32,000 bases of DNA from Methanopyrus kandleri AV19 (GTDB lineage Archaea > JAADCQ01 > Methanopyri > Methanopyrales > Methanopyraceae): NCBI RefSeq assembly GCF_000007185.1, contig NC_003551.1, positions 1,020,001-1,052,000 of the forward strand. Direction: 5' to 3'. Below, piece by piece: positions 19,859 to 29,463 of this stretch. The position numbers and the translations under genes are program-made. The notes under the pieces are model-generated. The model did no database searches and had not been told where the DNA came from. It saw nothing but the letters and a program-made list of their open reading frames with translations. Position 1 is the first letter of the stretch. Every line of letters begins with the position of its first letter.

Positions 19859-20384
19859 CCCGCAGCCCCCGCAGGTCGTCGGCCGTCAGCACGCTCGAGA
19901 GCCTCACACCCCGCTCTTTAAGCGCTTCTTCCGCCCCCTCCTGTCGATCGACCACGACGACGGCGTCCCGCACCTCTCCGCCCTCCTCTTCGATGGCTTC
20001 TAAGGCCTCCAAGAGTGACCCTCCGGTCGTCGCGACGTCGTCGACGAGTACGACCTTCCGGCCCCTCACGTCCCCTACGATCCGCTCCCCGGTTCCGTAC
20101 TCCTTCTTCCGCTTCCGAACTATCGCCATGGGTAATCCGGCCTTCACCGAGAGCACCGAGACTAGCGGAACCGCTCCGAGCTCCGGTCCAGCGAGTACAT
20201 CTCCATCCGGTAGGACCTCGAGGAGGGCGTCCGTGAGCGCGTCAAGAACCTTCGGGTGCGTGCAGGCCTCCTTGATATCTACGTAATAGTCACTTCGCTT
20301 ACCCGAGGAGAGCACGAAATCCCCGAACTTCAGTGCCCCTACCTCCAACAACATCTCGGCGAGTCTCTCCCGATTCATCACCAT
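19833..20384 (-). CDS. pyrE: Orotate phosphoribosyltransferase
   Basis: MVMNRERLAEMLLEVGALKFGDFVLSSGKRSDYYVDIK, GPELGAVPLVS, VVLVDDVATTGGSL. Start at internal ATG 20384, 3 nt after the carS stop. Confidence 0.94.
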   Translation of the reverse strand: MVMNRERLAEMLLEVGALKFGDFVLSSGKRSDYYVDIKEACTHPKVLDALTDALLEVLPDGDVLAGPELGAVPLVSVLSVKAGLPMAIVRKRKKEYGTGERIVGDVRGRKVVLVDDVATTGGSLLEALEAIEEEGGEVRDAVVVVDRQEGAEEALKERGVRLSSVLTADDLRGLRDAESTARG

Positions 20385-20899
20385 GGCACCTCCTTCAGCT
20401 TCAGGAGGTATCCGATGACGTTGGTCAGCCAGTGGAGCGCCAGGGTCAGGATGGCCAGACCGACTAGCACCCAACCCGGTGGGTGCCACCCGTACACCAG
20501 ATAGTAGAGCAGCACCGCCCCAACGAAGAAGTCCAGCTGATCGAGCACCGGAGCGGGTGCTCCGCGTTCGAGCCCGATCCTGCGCTTCACGAAGCTGCCT
20601 ACCGCGTCGCCGGCCATCGCACCGAGCCCTAGAATAAACCCATCACCGGCTTTCCAGGGGTCCCCAACCACGAGCCCCTCTCCGAGTCCCACCACGGCTC
20701 CCGCCAAGACGCCCACGATAAAGCCACGGATCGTTACACCATCACCCAGCAGTCGGCGCCCGTCAGAAAGCTTTTTACCGAAATCGAGCGGTCTCCCGCC
20801 GCCGAAAAGGCACGCGCTCAAGTTCGCGATGTACGCCGGTAGGATGAACCAGAGACCCTTTCCGAGTTCCAACCATGCCCCGCTTCCCATTTCAACCAT
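20378..20899 (-). CDS. carS: CDP-archaeol synthase (CTP:2,3-di-O-geranylgeranylglycerol phosphate cytidylyltransferase)
   Basis: ILPAYIANLSACLFGGGRPLDFGKKLSDGRRLLGDGVTIRGFIVG and GAMAGDAVGSFVKRRIGLERGAPAPVLDQLDFFVGA are the CarS signature. Start at ATG 20899; the track ORF start at 21181 overlaps the divergent gene. Confidence 0.92.
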   Translation of the reverse strand: MVEMGSGAWLELGKGLWFILPAYIANLSACLFGGGRPLDFGKKLSDGRRLLGDGVTIRGFIVGVLAGAVVGLGEGLVVGDPWKAGDGFILGLGAMAGDAVGSFVKRRIGLERGAPAPVLDQLDFFVGAVLLYYLVYGWHPPGWVLVGLAILTLALHWLTNVIGYLLKLKEVPW

Positions 20900-20917
20900 C
20901 CCCTCGGGGGTCCGGTA

Positions 20918-22417
20918 GTGAGCGACACCCTGTACGAGACCGAGAGCCTCTGCCCCGAATGTCTCCGAGTGGTACCGGCGAGGCTCGTTCGGACCGCCGA
21001 AGGTTCCGTGGAGATAGTTAAGAAGTGCCCGGAACACGGTGAGTTCCGCGAAGTCGTATGGTCCGATGTCGAGTTCTTCGAACGCGCCTTCGAGTACGAG
21101 TTCAAGGGTCCCGGCGTGGAGAACCCACAAACGGACAGCGAGAACGGCTGCCCACTCGACTGCGGTCTCTGCCCGTGCCACGAGAGTACTACCGCTCTCG
21201 GGATCATCGACGTCACGAACCGGTGTAACATGAACTGTCCCGTATGTTTCGCCAACGCAGAGGCTAAGGGTTACGTGTACGAGCCGTCCCTCGAGCAGAT
21301 CGAGGAGATGCTTGACTTATTACGCTCGGAGCGCCCCGTGCCGGCTCCCGCGGTGCAGTTCGCGGGCGGCGAGCCGTTAGTCCGTGAGGACATCGTCGAG
21401 ATCGTCGCCGCCGCGGACGAGCGCGGCTTCCACGTACAGATCGCGACGAACGGTGTGGAGTTCGCCCGGAATCCGGAGCTGGCGGAGGATCTCCACGCCG
21501 CCGGACTGAACGTCGTGTACCTGCAGTTCGACGGGCTGAACCCCGAGATCTACGAGGAGATACGGGGCTCCAGGAAGGTCCTCGAGTTGAAGAAGGAGGC
21601 GATCAAGGTCCTCGAGCGCGAGGGGATCTCCACGGTCCTCGTACCCACGCTGGCCCGCGGGGTCAACGACGATCAGATTCGGCCCATGCTGGACTTCGCC
21701 CGCGAGTTCGAGGTCATCCGCGGGATCAACGTGCAGCCGATCTCGTTCACGGGTCGAACGCCGCGCGAGGAGCGGGAGCGCATGCGCATCACCATACCGG
21801 ACTTCGTCAAGCTCGTCGAGGAGCAGACGGACGGCCGTATCCCCGCCGAGAGCTTCTACCCGGTCCCGATCGCGGCGAAGATAGCCCGGCTGATTGGACA
21901 ACTCCACGGGAAGCGGAAGCCGGAGTTCTCCGCGCACCCGATCTGCGGGGTCGCCACCTATCTACTCGACGAAGGGGACTGGTACCGCCCCATCACCGAC
22001 TACGTCGATCCGGACGCGTTCATCGACGCGCTGGAAGAGGTCGCGGAGAAGGCGGGATCGTTGGATCGAAAGCGGGATCGAGCGAAGGCCGCTTGGATCG
22101 TGACCAAGTACCTACGGCGCGTCTTCAAGGGCCTCACTGGCAAACGCAAGCTGGCCCGACTGGTCCTCGACGTCGTGACTAAGGGAACCTACGACGCCCT
22201 CGCGGACTTCCACTGGAACGCGCTGCTACTGGGCTGTATGCACTTCATGGACCCGTACAACTTCCAGACGGACCGTGTGCGACGGTGCGTGATCCACTAC
22301 GCGACACCGGACGGACGGATCGTACCGTTCTGCCCCTATAACTCCATACACCGTGAAGAGATCGAGCGGAAGTTCGGCGTGCCGCTCGAGGAGTGGAAGG
22401 AACGCCGGAACGGGTGA
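20918..22417 (+). CDS. tes: Radical SAM enzyme of the tetraether/macrocyclic archaeol synthase (Tes, MJ0619-like) family
   Basis: N-terminal CPECL...CPEHGEF rubredoxin-like site, [23 protein letters not shown] (CX3CX2C), and C-terminal [40 protein letters not shown] start. Confidence 0.82.
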   Translation: MSDTLYETESLCPECLRVVPARLVRTAEGSVEIVKKCPEHGEFREVVWSDVEFFERAFEYEFKGPGVENPQTDSENGCPLDCGLCPCHESTTALGIIDVTNRCNMNCPVCFANAEAKGYVYEPSLEQIEEMLDLLRSERPVPAPAVQFAGGEPLVREDIVEIVAAADERGFHVQIATNGVEFARNPELAEDLHAAGLNVVYLQFDGLNPEIYEEIRGSRKVLELKKEAIKVLEREGISTVLVPTLARGVNDDQIRPMLDFAREFEVIRGINVQPISFTGRTPREERERMRITIPDFVKLVEEQTDGRIPAESFYPVPIAAKIARLIGQLHGKRKPEFSAHPICGVATYLLDEGDWYRPITDYVDPDAFIDALEEVAEKAGSLDRKRDRAKAAWIVTKYLRRVFKGLTGKRKLARLVLDVVTKGTYDALADFHWNALLLGCMHFMDPYNFQTDRVRRCVIHYATPDGRIVPFCPYNSIHREEIERKFGVPLEEWKERRNG

Positions 22418-23175
22418 CACGGTTGCCACTCCGCGAGGCGGCCGAGAGGGTTGTAGAGGCCGAGACAGTCGTCGTGCTCACCGGGGCCGGCGCCTCGGCG
22501 GACTCCGGTATCCCGACGTTCCGGGGAAAGGATGGACTCTGGAACAAGTACGACCCTCGGGAACTGGCCACACCCGAGGCCTTCGCACGCGATCCGGAGA
22601 AGGTTTGGGAGTGGTACCTCTGGCGCCGCCGTAAGATCGCCGAGGCCGAACCCAACCCTGCCCACACCGTCCTGGCGCGTATGGAGCGGGACGGCCTCCT
22701 CGAAGCCGTCATCACGCAGAACGTGGACGGGCTCCACCAGCGGGCCGGATCCCGTCGCGTGATCGAGCTCCACGGCAACATCTGGCGGGACGAGTGCGTA
22801 TCCTGCGAATACCAGCGAGTGAACGACCCCGAGCGCGGCGAGGGACTCGAGTACGACGAGCTGCCACCGAGGTGCCCCGAGTGCGGGGATCCGCTGCGCC
22901 CCGGCGTAGTCTGGTTCGGTGAGCCACTGCCGTCTGACGCGCTCGTGGAGGCGGAGAACCTCGCCCGATCCTGCGACGTGATGCTCGTGATCGGAACCTC
23001 GGGTGAAGTCCGGCCCGCCGCCGACCTCCCGCTCGTGGCCAAATCCTGTGGGGCCACCCTGATAGAGATCAACCCGAGCGAGACTGCGCTCAGCCCCCAC
23101 ATGGACGTTATCATCCGAGAACGAGCGGCTTCGGCCATGGAAGCCCTATGGAACGAGATCGAGCGACTCCTGTGA
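22414..23175 (+). CDS. cobB: Sir2-family NAD-dependent protein deacylase
   Basis: [47 protein letters not shown], CxxC pairs, [27 protein letters not shown] start overlaps the upstream TGA (GTGA). Confidence 0.93.
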
Positions 23176-23738
23176 TGATATGTGGATTTTCCTCCGGATA
23201 TGGGCCCCTACCGGCCGGTTTCCATGTTCCTGCGCGATGATTTGTGCGATACCACCTCGCAACTTCTACTCTCAACTCCACTCCCACCTTTGGGTTTCGC
23301 GGCGAGAGAGTAATGCATGTGAGAACGAGGAATCGAGTCCCGGTCGCCCGAAGACGGCCCCGCCCGATGTGGGTACCTCCTGCCGGTAATCCGTTCGGAC
23401 GACACGACTTCTTCGTGCTGTCACGATCTAGGGGGATCCGCACGTAGTTCCAAGTTCTTCGTTAACTAGGGCGCGTGGAGATACTCAATCTCCCCCGATG
23501 ACCAGGTCTGCCTCCCCTCAAGTACCGGCCCGGTGGGTGCAATCCGTTTCTCCGGAGCGTCCGAAGTGTCGCACAAATCTCTGAGAAGGACTCGTTCCCC
23601 CGAAGGTCCGCAACAGTCGATCCTCGTCCGCTCCCGTACTCCCTCGAGGTGGATCGCGCTGAGTAATATGAACAGAGAGCCAGAGCGGCTCACCTCCGCT
23701 GGCCATCCGCTCATCCACCGTCGCCGGGAGCGGTCCGA

Positions 23739-24446
23739 TCATCGCCGGACCGTGAGGGACTCCACCTCGACACCCAACTCCCGCTCCACGAGCCTGAGCA
23801 CGCGTTCGCCCCAGGCCAGCTTCTTCCTCTTCACGGGATCGGCCCGGAAAACTCCCCTGCCTTCACCGGGTCGGGAGTACTCCGTCGTGAGGTTCCCGAA
23901 GTCCATTCCCACGGTGAGCACGCGCTCCGCGCCCAACCTCGCCGCCATGACCACCGCCCGATCTCCATCCGTGAAGCCTCCGAAATTGTGCAGGAGGTCA
24001 CACGGTGGCTCGACCTGACACGTTCCTAGGATCCTGCCGAGAGTGGGTACGAGTTCCGCCAGCTCGGTCACGTTATCCCCGTGGGCGTGTACGACCGTGA
24101 TGGAACCGCACTCGCTGGACATCAGCAGGTACTCCTTCGGTCCGTCGAGATCCGTCACGACGACGTCCGGTACGATTCCGAGCTCGAGGAGGGCTCTACA
24201 GGCGCCGTCGGCGGCGTAGACGACACTGTCCTCCAGCTCCCCGACGATCTTCGGCAGCTCCGCTATCGAGGGACCGGCTCCCACCACGACCACCTCTTCT
24301 TCGACCGGCAGGTCCTCCGGGCGTAGGACGCGGGGATGGTCGCGGAGGAGCTCGCACAAGAACGAGGCGGCCCACAGGTCCTCGGACTCCTTATAACCTA
24401 GGTCCGCCCGGATCTCCTCGATTATCCCCTTCAACGGATCCGACAA
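23739..24446 (-). CDS. mptE: 6-hydroxymethyl-7,8-dihydropterin pyrophosphokinase (DUF115, MptE-like)
   Basis: VVVVGAGPSIAELPKIV, YAADGACRALLELGIVPDVVVTDLDG, VVHAHGDNVTEL, NFGGFTDGDRAVVMA. A TTG start at 24446 is preferred over the track start 24476, which would overlap divergent argC. Confidence 0.86.
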   Translation of the reverse strand: MSDPLKGIIEEIRADLGYKESEDLWAASFLCELLRDHPRVLRPEDLPVEEEVVVVGAGPSIAELPKIVGELEDSVVYAADGACRALLELGIVPDVVVTDLDGPKEYLLMSSECGSITVVHAHGDNVTELAELVPTLGRILGTCQVEPPCDLLHNFGGFTDGDRAVVMAARLGAERVLTVGMDFGNLTTEYSRPGEGRGVFRADPVKRKKLAWGERVLRLVERELGVEVESLTVRR

Positions 24447-24459
24447 GGGGGAACCCCGC

Positions 24460-25491
24460 GTGGTCGTGGTCGGCATCGTGGGTGCATCAGGTTACACCGG
24501 AGGCGAGCTCCTTAGACTCCTCGCCCGACACCCGGAGGTGGAAGAGGTCCGCTACGCGACCTCCAGGAGGCTCGAGGGAAAGCCAGTCTGGAAGGTACAC
24601 CCGAACCTGCGGCGTGACTACCCCGACCTCGAGTTCTCGGACCCTGATCCCGTTGAAATCGGCGAAGACTGCGACGTCGTATTCACCGCCGTCCCACACA
24701 CCGCCGCCATGGAGCTGGTCCCGGATCTACTGGAAGGAGGGGCCGTGGTGATCGATCTCAGCGCCGATTTCCGGTTCGACGACGTGGATGTCTACGAGGA
24801 GTGGTACGGCGTCGAACACGCGGCTCCGGAGCTGAACGACGAGGCCGTTTACGGGCTGCCCGAGCTACACCGGGACGAGATACGGCGCACAGACCTCATC
24901 GCCAACCCGGGGTGCTACCCGACAGGCGCTATCCTGGCCGCCGCACCGCTAGTCGAGGAAGGGCTCGTCGACGTCGTGATCTTCGACTCCAAGAGCGGTA
25001 CCTCCGGGGCCGGTGCGAAGCCTTCGGAGGTCACCCACCACCCGGAGTGCGCCGAGGACCTGACACCCTACAACCCGACGGATCACCGTCACTTACCCGA
25101 AATACGGCAGGAGCTGGGGAAGTTGGGCGACGTCGAGGTTCACTTCACCCCGCACCTGGCGCCGCTCGTCCGGGGTATCGAGACCACGGCCCACGGTCTA
25201 GGGGATGTAGAGATCGAGCCGAAGGAGCTCCGGGAGCTTTACGTGGAATACTACGACGGTGAGCCTTTCATCCGTGTCTGCGAGGTCGGTGAGGCTCCGC
25301 GGCTCTGGGCCGTCCGTGGGACCAACTACTGCGACGTGGGCGTCTTCGCGGTAGGTGATGGCAGGGTCGTCGTAGCGTCGGCGATCGACAACCTCACCAA
25401 GGGCGCGTCCGGTCAGGCGATTCAGAACATGAACGTGAGGTTCGGGTTCGAGGAGACCGCGGGGTTAGAGGAGCCCGGGTATCATCCCTGA
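24460..25491 (+). CDS. argC: N-acetyl-gamma-glutamyl-phosphate reductase
   Basis: VGIVGASGYTGGELLRLLARHPEVE, LSADFRF, NPGCYPTG, KSGTSGAG, FTPHLAPLVRGIETT. Confidence 0.95.
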   Translation: MVVVGIVGASGYTGGELLRLLARHPEVEEVRYATSRRLEGKPVWKVHPNLRRDYPDLEFSDPDPVEIGEDCDVVFTAVPHTAAMELVPDLLEGGAVVIDLSADFRFDDVDVYEEWYGVEHAAPELNDEAVYGLPELHRDEIRRTDLIANPGCYPTGAILAAAPLVEEGLVDVVIFDSKSGTSGAGAKPSEVTHHPECAEDLTPYNPTDHRHLPEIRQELGKLGDVEVHFTPHLAPLVRGIETTAHGLGDVEIEPKELRELYVEYYDGEPFIRVCEVGEAPRLWAVRGTNYCDVGVFAVGDGRVVVASAIDNLTKGASGQAIQNMNVRFGFEETAGLEEPGYHP

Positions 25492-26076
25492 ACCCGCTCC
25501 CGTACGAGCTCCTGGACCTTCCGACATCCCTCCTTGTCTCCCTTGGGTACCAGGGCGAAGGCGCAGCGCCTGTCACCGAGCCCCCAACATGCGTACTCGA
25601 TCGCGTAGTACTCCCGGCCTTCGATGGCGCCGATCATCCCCTGGATCAGGCCGCTCTCCAGGTGCGCACAGCGTCTCACCCATCTCCGGGGCTCCACAAC
25701 ACGAGATGCAGTCGTACACGACCACGTTATCGTAGCCCATATCCGCGACGAGCTCGTCCGCTTCGTCCTCCTGGACGCCCACTTGGACCTCGCCGCACCT
25801 TATCTCCTGCAAGTACTCGCACGCGTCCTCCACGTCCGAGAACTCCATCCGCTTGACGATCTCGTGTCCGAGCTGTTCCGCTCGCTTCCTAACCTCACCG
25901 TTCGCTTCGAGGTCCCAGATCACCGATCTCGCGATCAGGAACGCCGTACGATCGATCTTGCGGTTGCACGTCTCAACCATCTGCAAAATGTCCTCCAGCC
26001 TCACGCTGGCCCCGCGGAGTCTGAAGTGATCACGGTGATAATCATTTTTCCACCCACCGCCGGATGTCGCGCTCAC
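25482..26076 (-). pseudogene. V4R-domain protein interrupted by a single-base frameshift near 25665 (authentic frameshift, sequencing error or programmed event)
   Basis: The first frame ends at ...VVVYDCISCCGAPEMGETLC and the second continues as HLESGLIQGMIGAIEGREYYAIEYACWGLGDRRCAFALVPKG. Removing one base near 25665 joins them into a typical V4R C-terminus. Confidence 0.8.
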
Positions 26077-26720
26077 ACGCGTACCTCCAGCCCGGGACCG
26101 ACGTTCAGGAACTCGAAGCGTCGTCGGAACATGCGCTTCGCGACCTCACCGGAGCAGTGACAAGGACCGGCGATCTTCACTCCGAGTTCCTCGAGACGGT
26201 CCGCCACCTTCTCCACCTCGATCTCGGTCGCCCCCATCAGGTGGAATCCGCCGAGCACTGTGTGGACTTCGAGCCCTCTCCTCACGCACCACTCGACGAA
26301 CTCGTGTATCCCGGGGTGCGCGCATCCCGTGATCAGGAGTCCGTTCGCGTACAGGGCTCGCTCCGGTGGTGGTCCCTCGAGGACGTCCGTGAGCACCATG
26401 TCACCTATTCCCAACCACTCCTCTCGGACGAGCTCGTTCTTCACCCCGATCCGTTCCGGGGTCACGATCCTGGCCACCTCCGACTCCGCCGCCTGCAACC
26501 CGCCGGTGTGATCCCAGTGATTGTGGGAGATGACCACCGCGGTCAGATCCTCGGGTTCGTAGCCGAGCCCCTTGAGGTTGTGTAGCAGGAGGTCCGGGTC
26601 GGGTCCGGTGTCGAAGAGCACTCGGTGACGCCCGTCCTCCACCAGTGCGGCGAAACCGGGACCGGACCGCAACTCCGGATCCAGTGGCGGTTCGTCCGAC
26701 ACCACCACCGTAACCTTCAA
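26073..26720 (-). CDS. Metallo-beta-lactamase-fold protein, COG1237 family
   Basis: FDTGPDPDLLLHNL, ISHNHWDHTGG, ITGCAHPGIHEFVEW, LGGFHLMG, GPCHCSGEVAKRMF. A TTG start at 26720 is proposed. Confidence 0.85.
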   Translation of the reverse strand: MKVTVVVSDEPPLDPELRSGPGFAALVEDGRHRVLFDTGPDPDLLLHNLKGLGYEPEDLTAVVISHNHWDHTGGLQAAESEVARIVTPERIGVKNELVREEWLGIGDMVLTDVLEGPPPERALYANGLLITGCAHPGIHEFVEWCVRRGLEVHTVLGGFHLMGATEIEVEKVADRLEELGVKIAGPCHCSGEVAKRMFRRRFEFLNVGPGLEVRV

Positions 26721-26842
26721 CGCTACGTCTCCCCGTGAGCCGCTGTCGCCGGTGGACGCCGTTACCCCGGACCGGAACTGACTTTTCCTTTCCTTGGAAA
26801 AATACATCCGTCCCCTCCGGCCGGGGAGTGCCGGGGTCAACA

Positions 26843-27319
26843 ATGAGCGAGGGCGAGGGGATGGGGGAGCTGCGTGAGAGCATCGCCGAAGAGCTCAAGT
26901 CCCAGCCGAAACACAGGAAGCTGGCGTTCGCGTTACTTAGCTCGTTCAGGACGGCTGCGCTGAGACACCTGGGTGAATCGTGGGAACCGATAATCATGGA
27001 AGCTAGCAGGCAGTTCCTTAAGATTATCAAGATTATCGAAATCGCGGAGGGCAGGGAGATAGAGGGCCTCGAGGACGCTTTGAGCGTCGCCGTGGAGTAC
27101 GGATTGATCGGCGGTTTCGAGCTGGATGAGGACAGTGTTACGCTGGAGGGCGTATTGGAGAGCCTCGGCTGGGACGAGCGAACGTGTCGCGGCAAGGCGG
27201 CCTGCATAGTGACTAAAGGGATCGTCTTGGAGGGACTTCGTCGGGAGGGCTTGGATGTGGTAGAGCTGGAGGAGGACCTGGACGGAGATCGCGCCACGTT
27301 CCGGTGGAGGACCCGGTGA
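26843..27319 (+). CDS. Uncharacterised archaeal protein with a possible divergent V4R-like C-terminus
   Basis: ATG ORF MSEGEGMGELRESIAEELKSQPKHRKLAF... ending CIVTKGIVLEGLRREGLDVVELEEDLDGDRATFRWRTR. Confidence 0.7.
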   Translation: MSEGEGMGELRESIAEELKSQPKHRKLAFALLSSFRTAALRHLGESWEPIIMEASRQFLKIIKIIEIAEGREIEGLEDALSVAVEYGLIGGFELDEDSVTLEGVLESLGWDERTCRGKAACIVTKGIVLEGLRREGLDVVELEEDLDGDRATFRWRTR

Positions 27320-27399
27320 GCTACCCCCACCCTCCTTCGCCCCTTAACTTTACCACCGATCCGACTTCCATCTCACGGTTTGGGGGATCCACACTGCGC

Positions 27400-27978
27400 G
27401 TGCTCCAAGTCGTGGGGCCGAAGGACTCCGGTAAAACGTCGTTCTGCGAGGAAGCCGTCAAGGAGCTGCGCGGGCGTGGTTACAGGGTGGGCTACGTGAA
27501 GTCGGTAGGCGGACACGGTCTAGACCTTCAGGATCGTGACACGGGTCGCGTTCCCGCGGACGTACGGGTGGGTGTAGCTAGAAAGGAAACAGTTCTGTTT
27601 CTCGATTTGGACATAGATGCTGTTCTCGGACTCCTCGCGCTGTTGGGGCTCGACTACGTACTTGTCGAGGGATTCAAGTCCCGTGAACTCGGCGTCAGGG
27701 TGGGGTTCGGTGGCTACACGGAGGGTCCCACAGTTCCCGCGGAGGAAATCGATACCTCACCTGCGGACGCTGTGGAACGTTACGCGGTGAAGTACACGGC
27801 CGACATCGACTGTGGTAGGTGCGGTCCGGGATCCTGTCGTGATTTCAGGCGGGCGGTGGCGCGGGGAGAGGAGAACCCGGACGGGTGCGCCGCCCCGGAG
27901 GACGTCACGGTGCTCGTCGACGGGAAACCCTTAGGTCTCAACCCGTTCGTAGGCGACTTGGTAAAGAGCGTGGTATAG
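27400..27978 (+). CDS. MobB-like P-loop protein with an embedded Fe-S-type cysteine motif
   Basis: LQVVGPKDSGKTSFCEEAVKELRGRGYRVGYVKSVGGHGLD (P-loop, MobB-like), DYVLVEGFKS, and CGRCGPGSCRDFRRAVARGEENPDGC. GTG start at 27400 proposed. Confidence 0.78.
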   Translation: MLQVVGPKDSGKTSFCEEAVKELRGRGYRVGYVKSVGGHGLDLQDRDTGRVPADVRVGVARKETVLFLDLDIDAVLGLLALLGLDYVLVEGFKSRELGVRVGFGGYTEGPTVPAEEIDTSPADAVERYAVKYTADIDCGRCGPGSCRDFRRAVARGEENPDGCAAPEDVTVLVDGKPLGLNPFVGDLVKSVV

Positions 27979-28182
27979 GCGCTGGTCGGGAGTATGAAAG
28001 GTGGAGGAGGGAACGACGTGATCGTAGCGCTCCGGCGTTGAAATCGGACCCCGTTGGAACCGTACCTACTTAATGCGCGCCGTCCGGACACCAACCCGCC
28101 ACGGATCGACCACGGGTCGGAATCGGATGACGATCGGTTGCGAACGGAGCGTTCGCGATGAAGAGGGCTGTACTCGCCGACC

Positions 28183-29463
28183 TCATACCTCCGCCACGAG
28201 TCGTGCGTGAGACGCGTCCACGATACGACACTCCAACCGCTCGCCGGGTTCCGGGACTTCGCCCCGGAACACCGTCTTCTTCGCGTGCTCGTCCCGTCCC
28301 CACTTCTCCATTACCATCGTCACCTCTACGGTCTCTCCGATCAGCTCGCGGTTCGCCTCCTCGGCCCACTCGAGGCGCTTGCGGTGAAGGATTCGGCTCC
28401 TCCGTAGCTTCACGTCCTCCGGGACCTGATCCTCCATCCGCGCCGCCGGAGTCCCGGGGCGTCGGCAGAACCTGGAAGCGTGCAGGATGTGCGGTCGGGT
28501 CCTCTCCAGGAACCTGAGGGTGTTACGGAAGGCCTCCTCGGTCTCCCCCGGGAACCCCACGATGACGTCCGTGATGAAGGAGAAGTACCCGAGTCGGCGC
28601 TCGAAGGCACGGTACACCTCCAAGGCCTCTTCGACCGTGTAGTTCCGGTTCATACGACGCAGCACCTCGTCGTCACCGCTCTGCACGGGCATGTGGATGG
28701 AACGGTACAGCACGTCGTCTCGGCTAGCGAAGAGGTCGGCGAGGTCGTCCGAGATGGGATAAGCGTGACCGGGGTTGAACATACCCAGGCGAACCCGGGC
28801 GCCGTAGCGCGAGCAGAGATCGACCACGTCCTCCAGCAGCTCGACGACGTTCGTCCCCCGGTCCAGTCCGTACGTCGCGGTGTCCTGTGCGGTGAGGTGA
28901 ATCTCGACGGCTCCGCGCTCCAGCTCCCGCTTCACACGCCGCAGGATGCGCTCCGGGGGAAAGCTGCGGAGGTTCCCACGTGCGAGCTTCACGGCGCAGT
29001 ACGCGCATCTGTTCGGACAGCCCTCCGCGATCGGTACGATGGCGGCGAGGTTAGGCAGCTCACGGGGAGCGTCGGCCTTCCAGTCGATGTCTTCACGTTC
29101 ACCCAGGAACTCCACTCGATCGCCGCGCAGCACGGCTCGAACGGCTTCCGGTATGCGGTCGAGGTGTCGGGGGCCTACGAGAGCAGCGTCCGGGCGGAGC
29201 TTGCGGGCGCGCTCCGGGTAGGCTTCCGGGAAGCATCCGGCTACGACGGTCGGCACACGCTCCAGCTCGCGCATCCTGTTCACCATTCGGGCGTCCACGC
29301 TGTCCCGAACGATGCAGGTCAGGAGGACGGCGACGTCCGCGTTCTCAGCGTCTTCGACCACCTCAAAACCTTCTCGGCGTAACAGCTCCCTCACCAGTCT
29401 ACCGTCGTCGTGGTTGGCGGCACACCCGTACACCTCGACGGCGACCTTGGTCACCGTTATCAC
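28183..29463 (-). CDS. Archaeal/eukaryotic-type MiaB-like tRNA (t6A/ms2t6A) methylthiotransferase, e-MtaB type
   Basis: VYGCAANHDDGRLV, LLTCIVRDSVDARM, AGCFPEAY, IVPIAEGCPNRCAYCAVKLARGNLRSFPPERIL, SDVIVGFPGETEEAFRNTLRF, C-terminal TRAM-like region. GTG start overlaps the upstream stop. Confidence 0.9.
   Translation of the reverse strand: MITVTKVAVEVYGCAANHDDGRLVRELLRREGFEVVEDAENADVAVLLTCIVRDSVDARMVNRMRELERVPTVVAGCFPEAYPERARKLRPDAALVGPRHLDRIPEAVRAVLRGDRVEFLGEREDIDWKADAPRELPNLAAIVPIAEGCPNRCAYCAVKLARGNLRSFPPERILRRVKRELERGAVEIHLTAQDTATYGLDRGTNVVELLEDVVDLCSRYGARVRLGMFNPGHAYPISDDLADLFASRDDVLYRSIHMPVQSGDDEVLRRMNRNYTVEEALEVYRAFERRLGYFSFITDVIVGFPGETEEAFRNTLRFLERTRPHILHASRFCRRPGTPAARMEDQVPEDVKLRRSRILHRKRLEWAEEANRELIGETVEVTMVMEKWGRDEHAKKTVFRGEVPEPGERLECRIVDASHARLVAEV

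Noticed and set aside
20900-21181. N-terminal extension of the CarS ORF
   Set aside because: It would overlap the divergent Tes-like coding sequence. The conserved CarS sequence starts near ATG 20899.
23176-23260. C/D box sRNA candidate beginning at the sir2 stop
   Set aside because: The box C-like GTGATGA is present but no CTGA box D occurs at suitable distance, so it was not listed as an RNA gene.
23533-24018. 161-aa plus-strand ORF
   Set aside because: Mostly antisense to mptE, Ser/Arg/Pro-rich with no motif.
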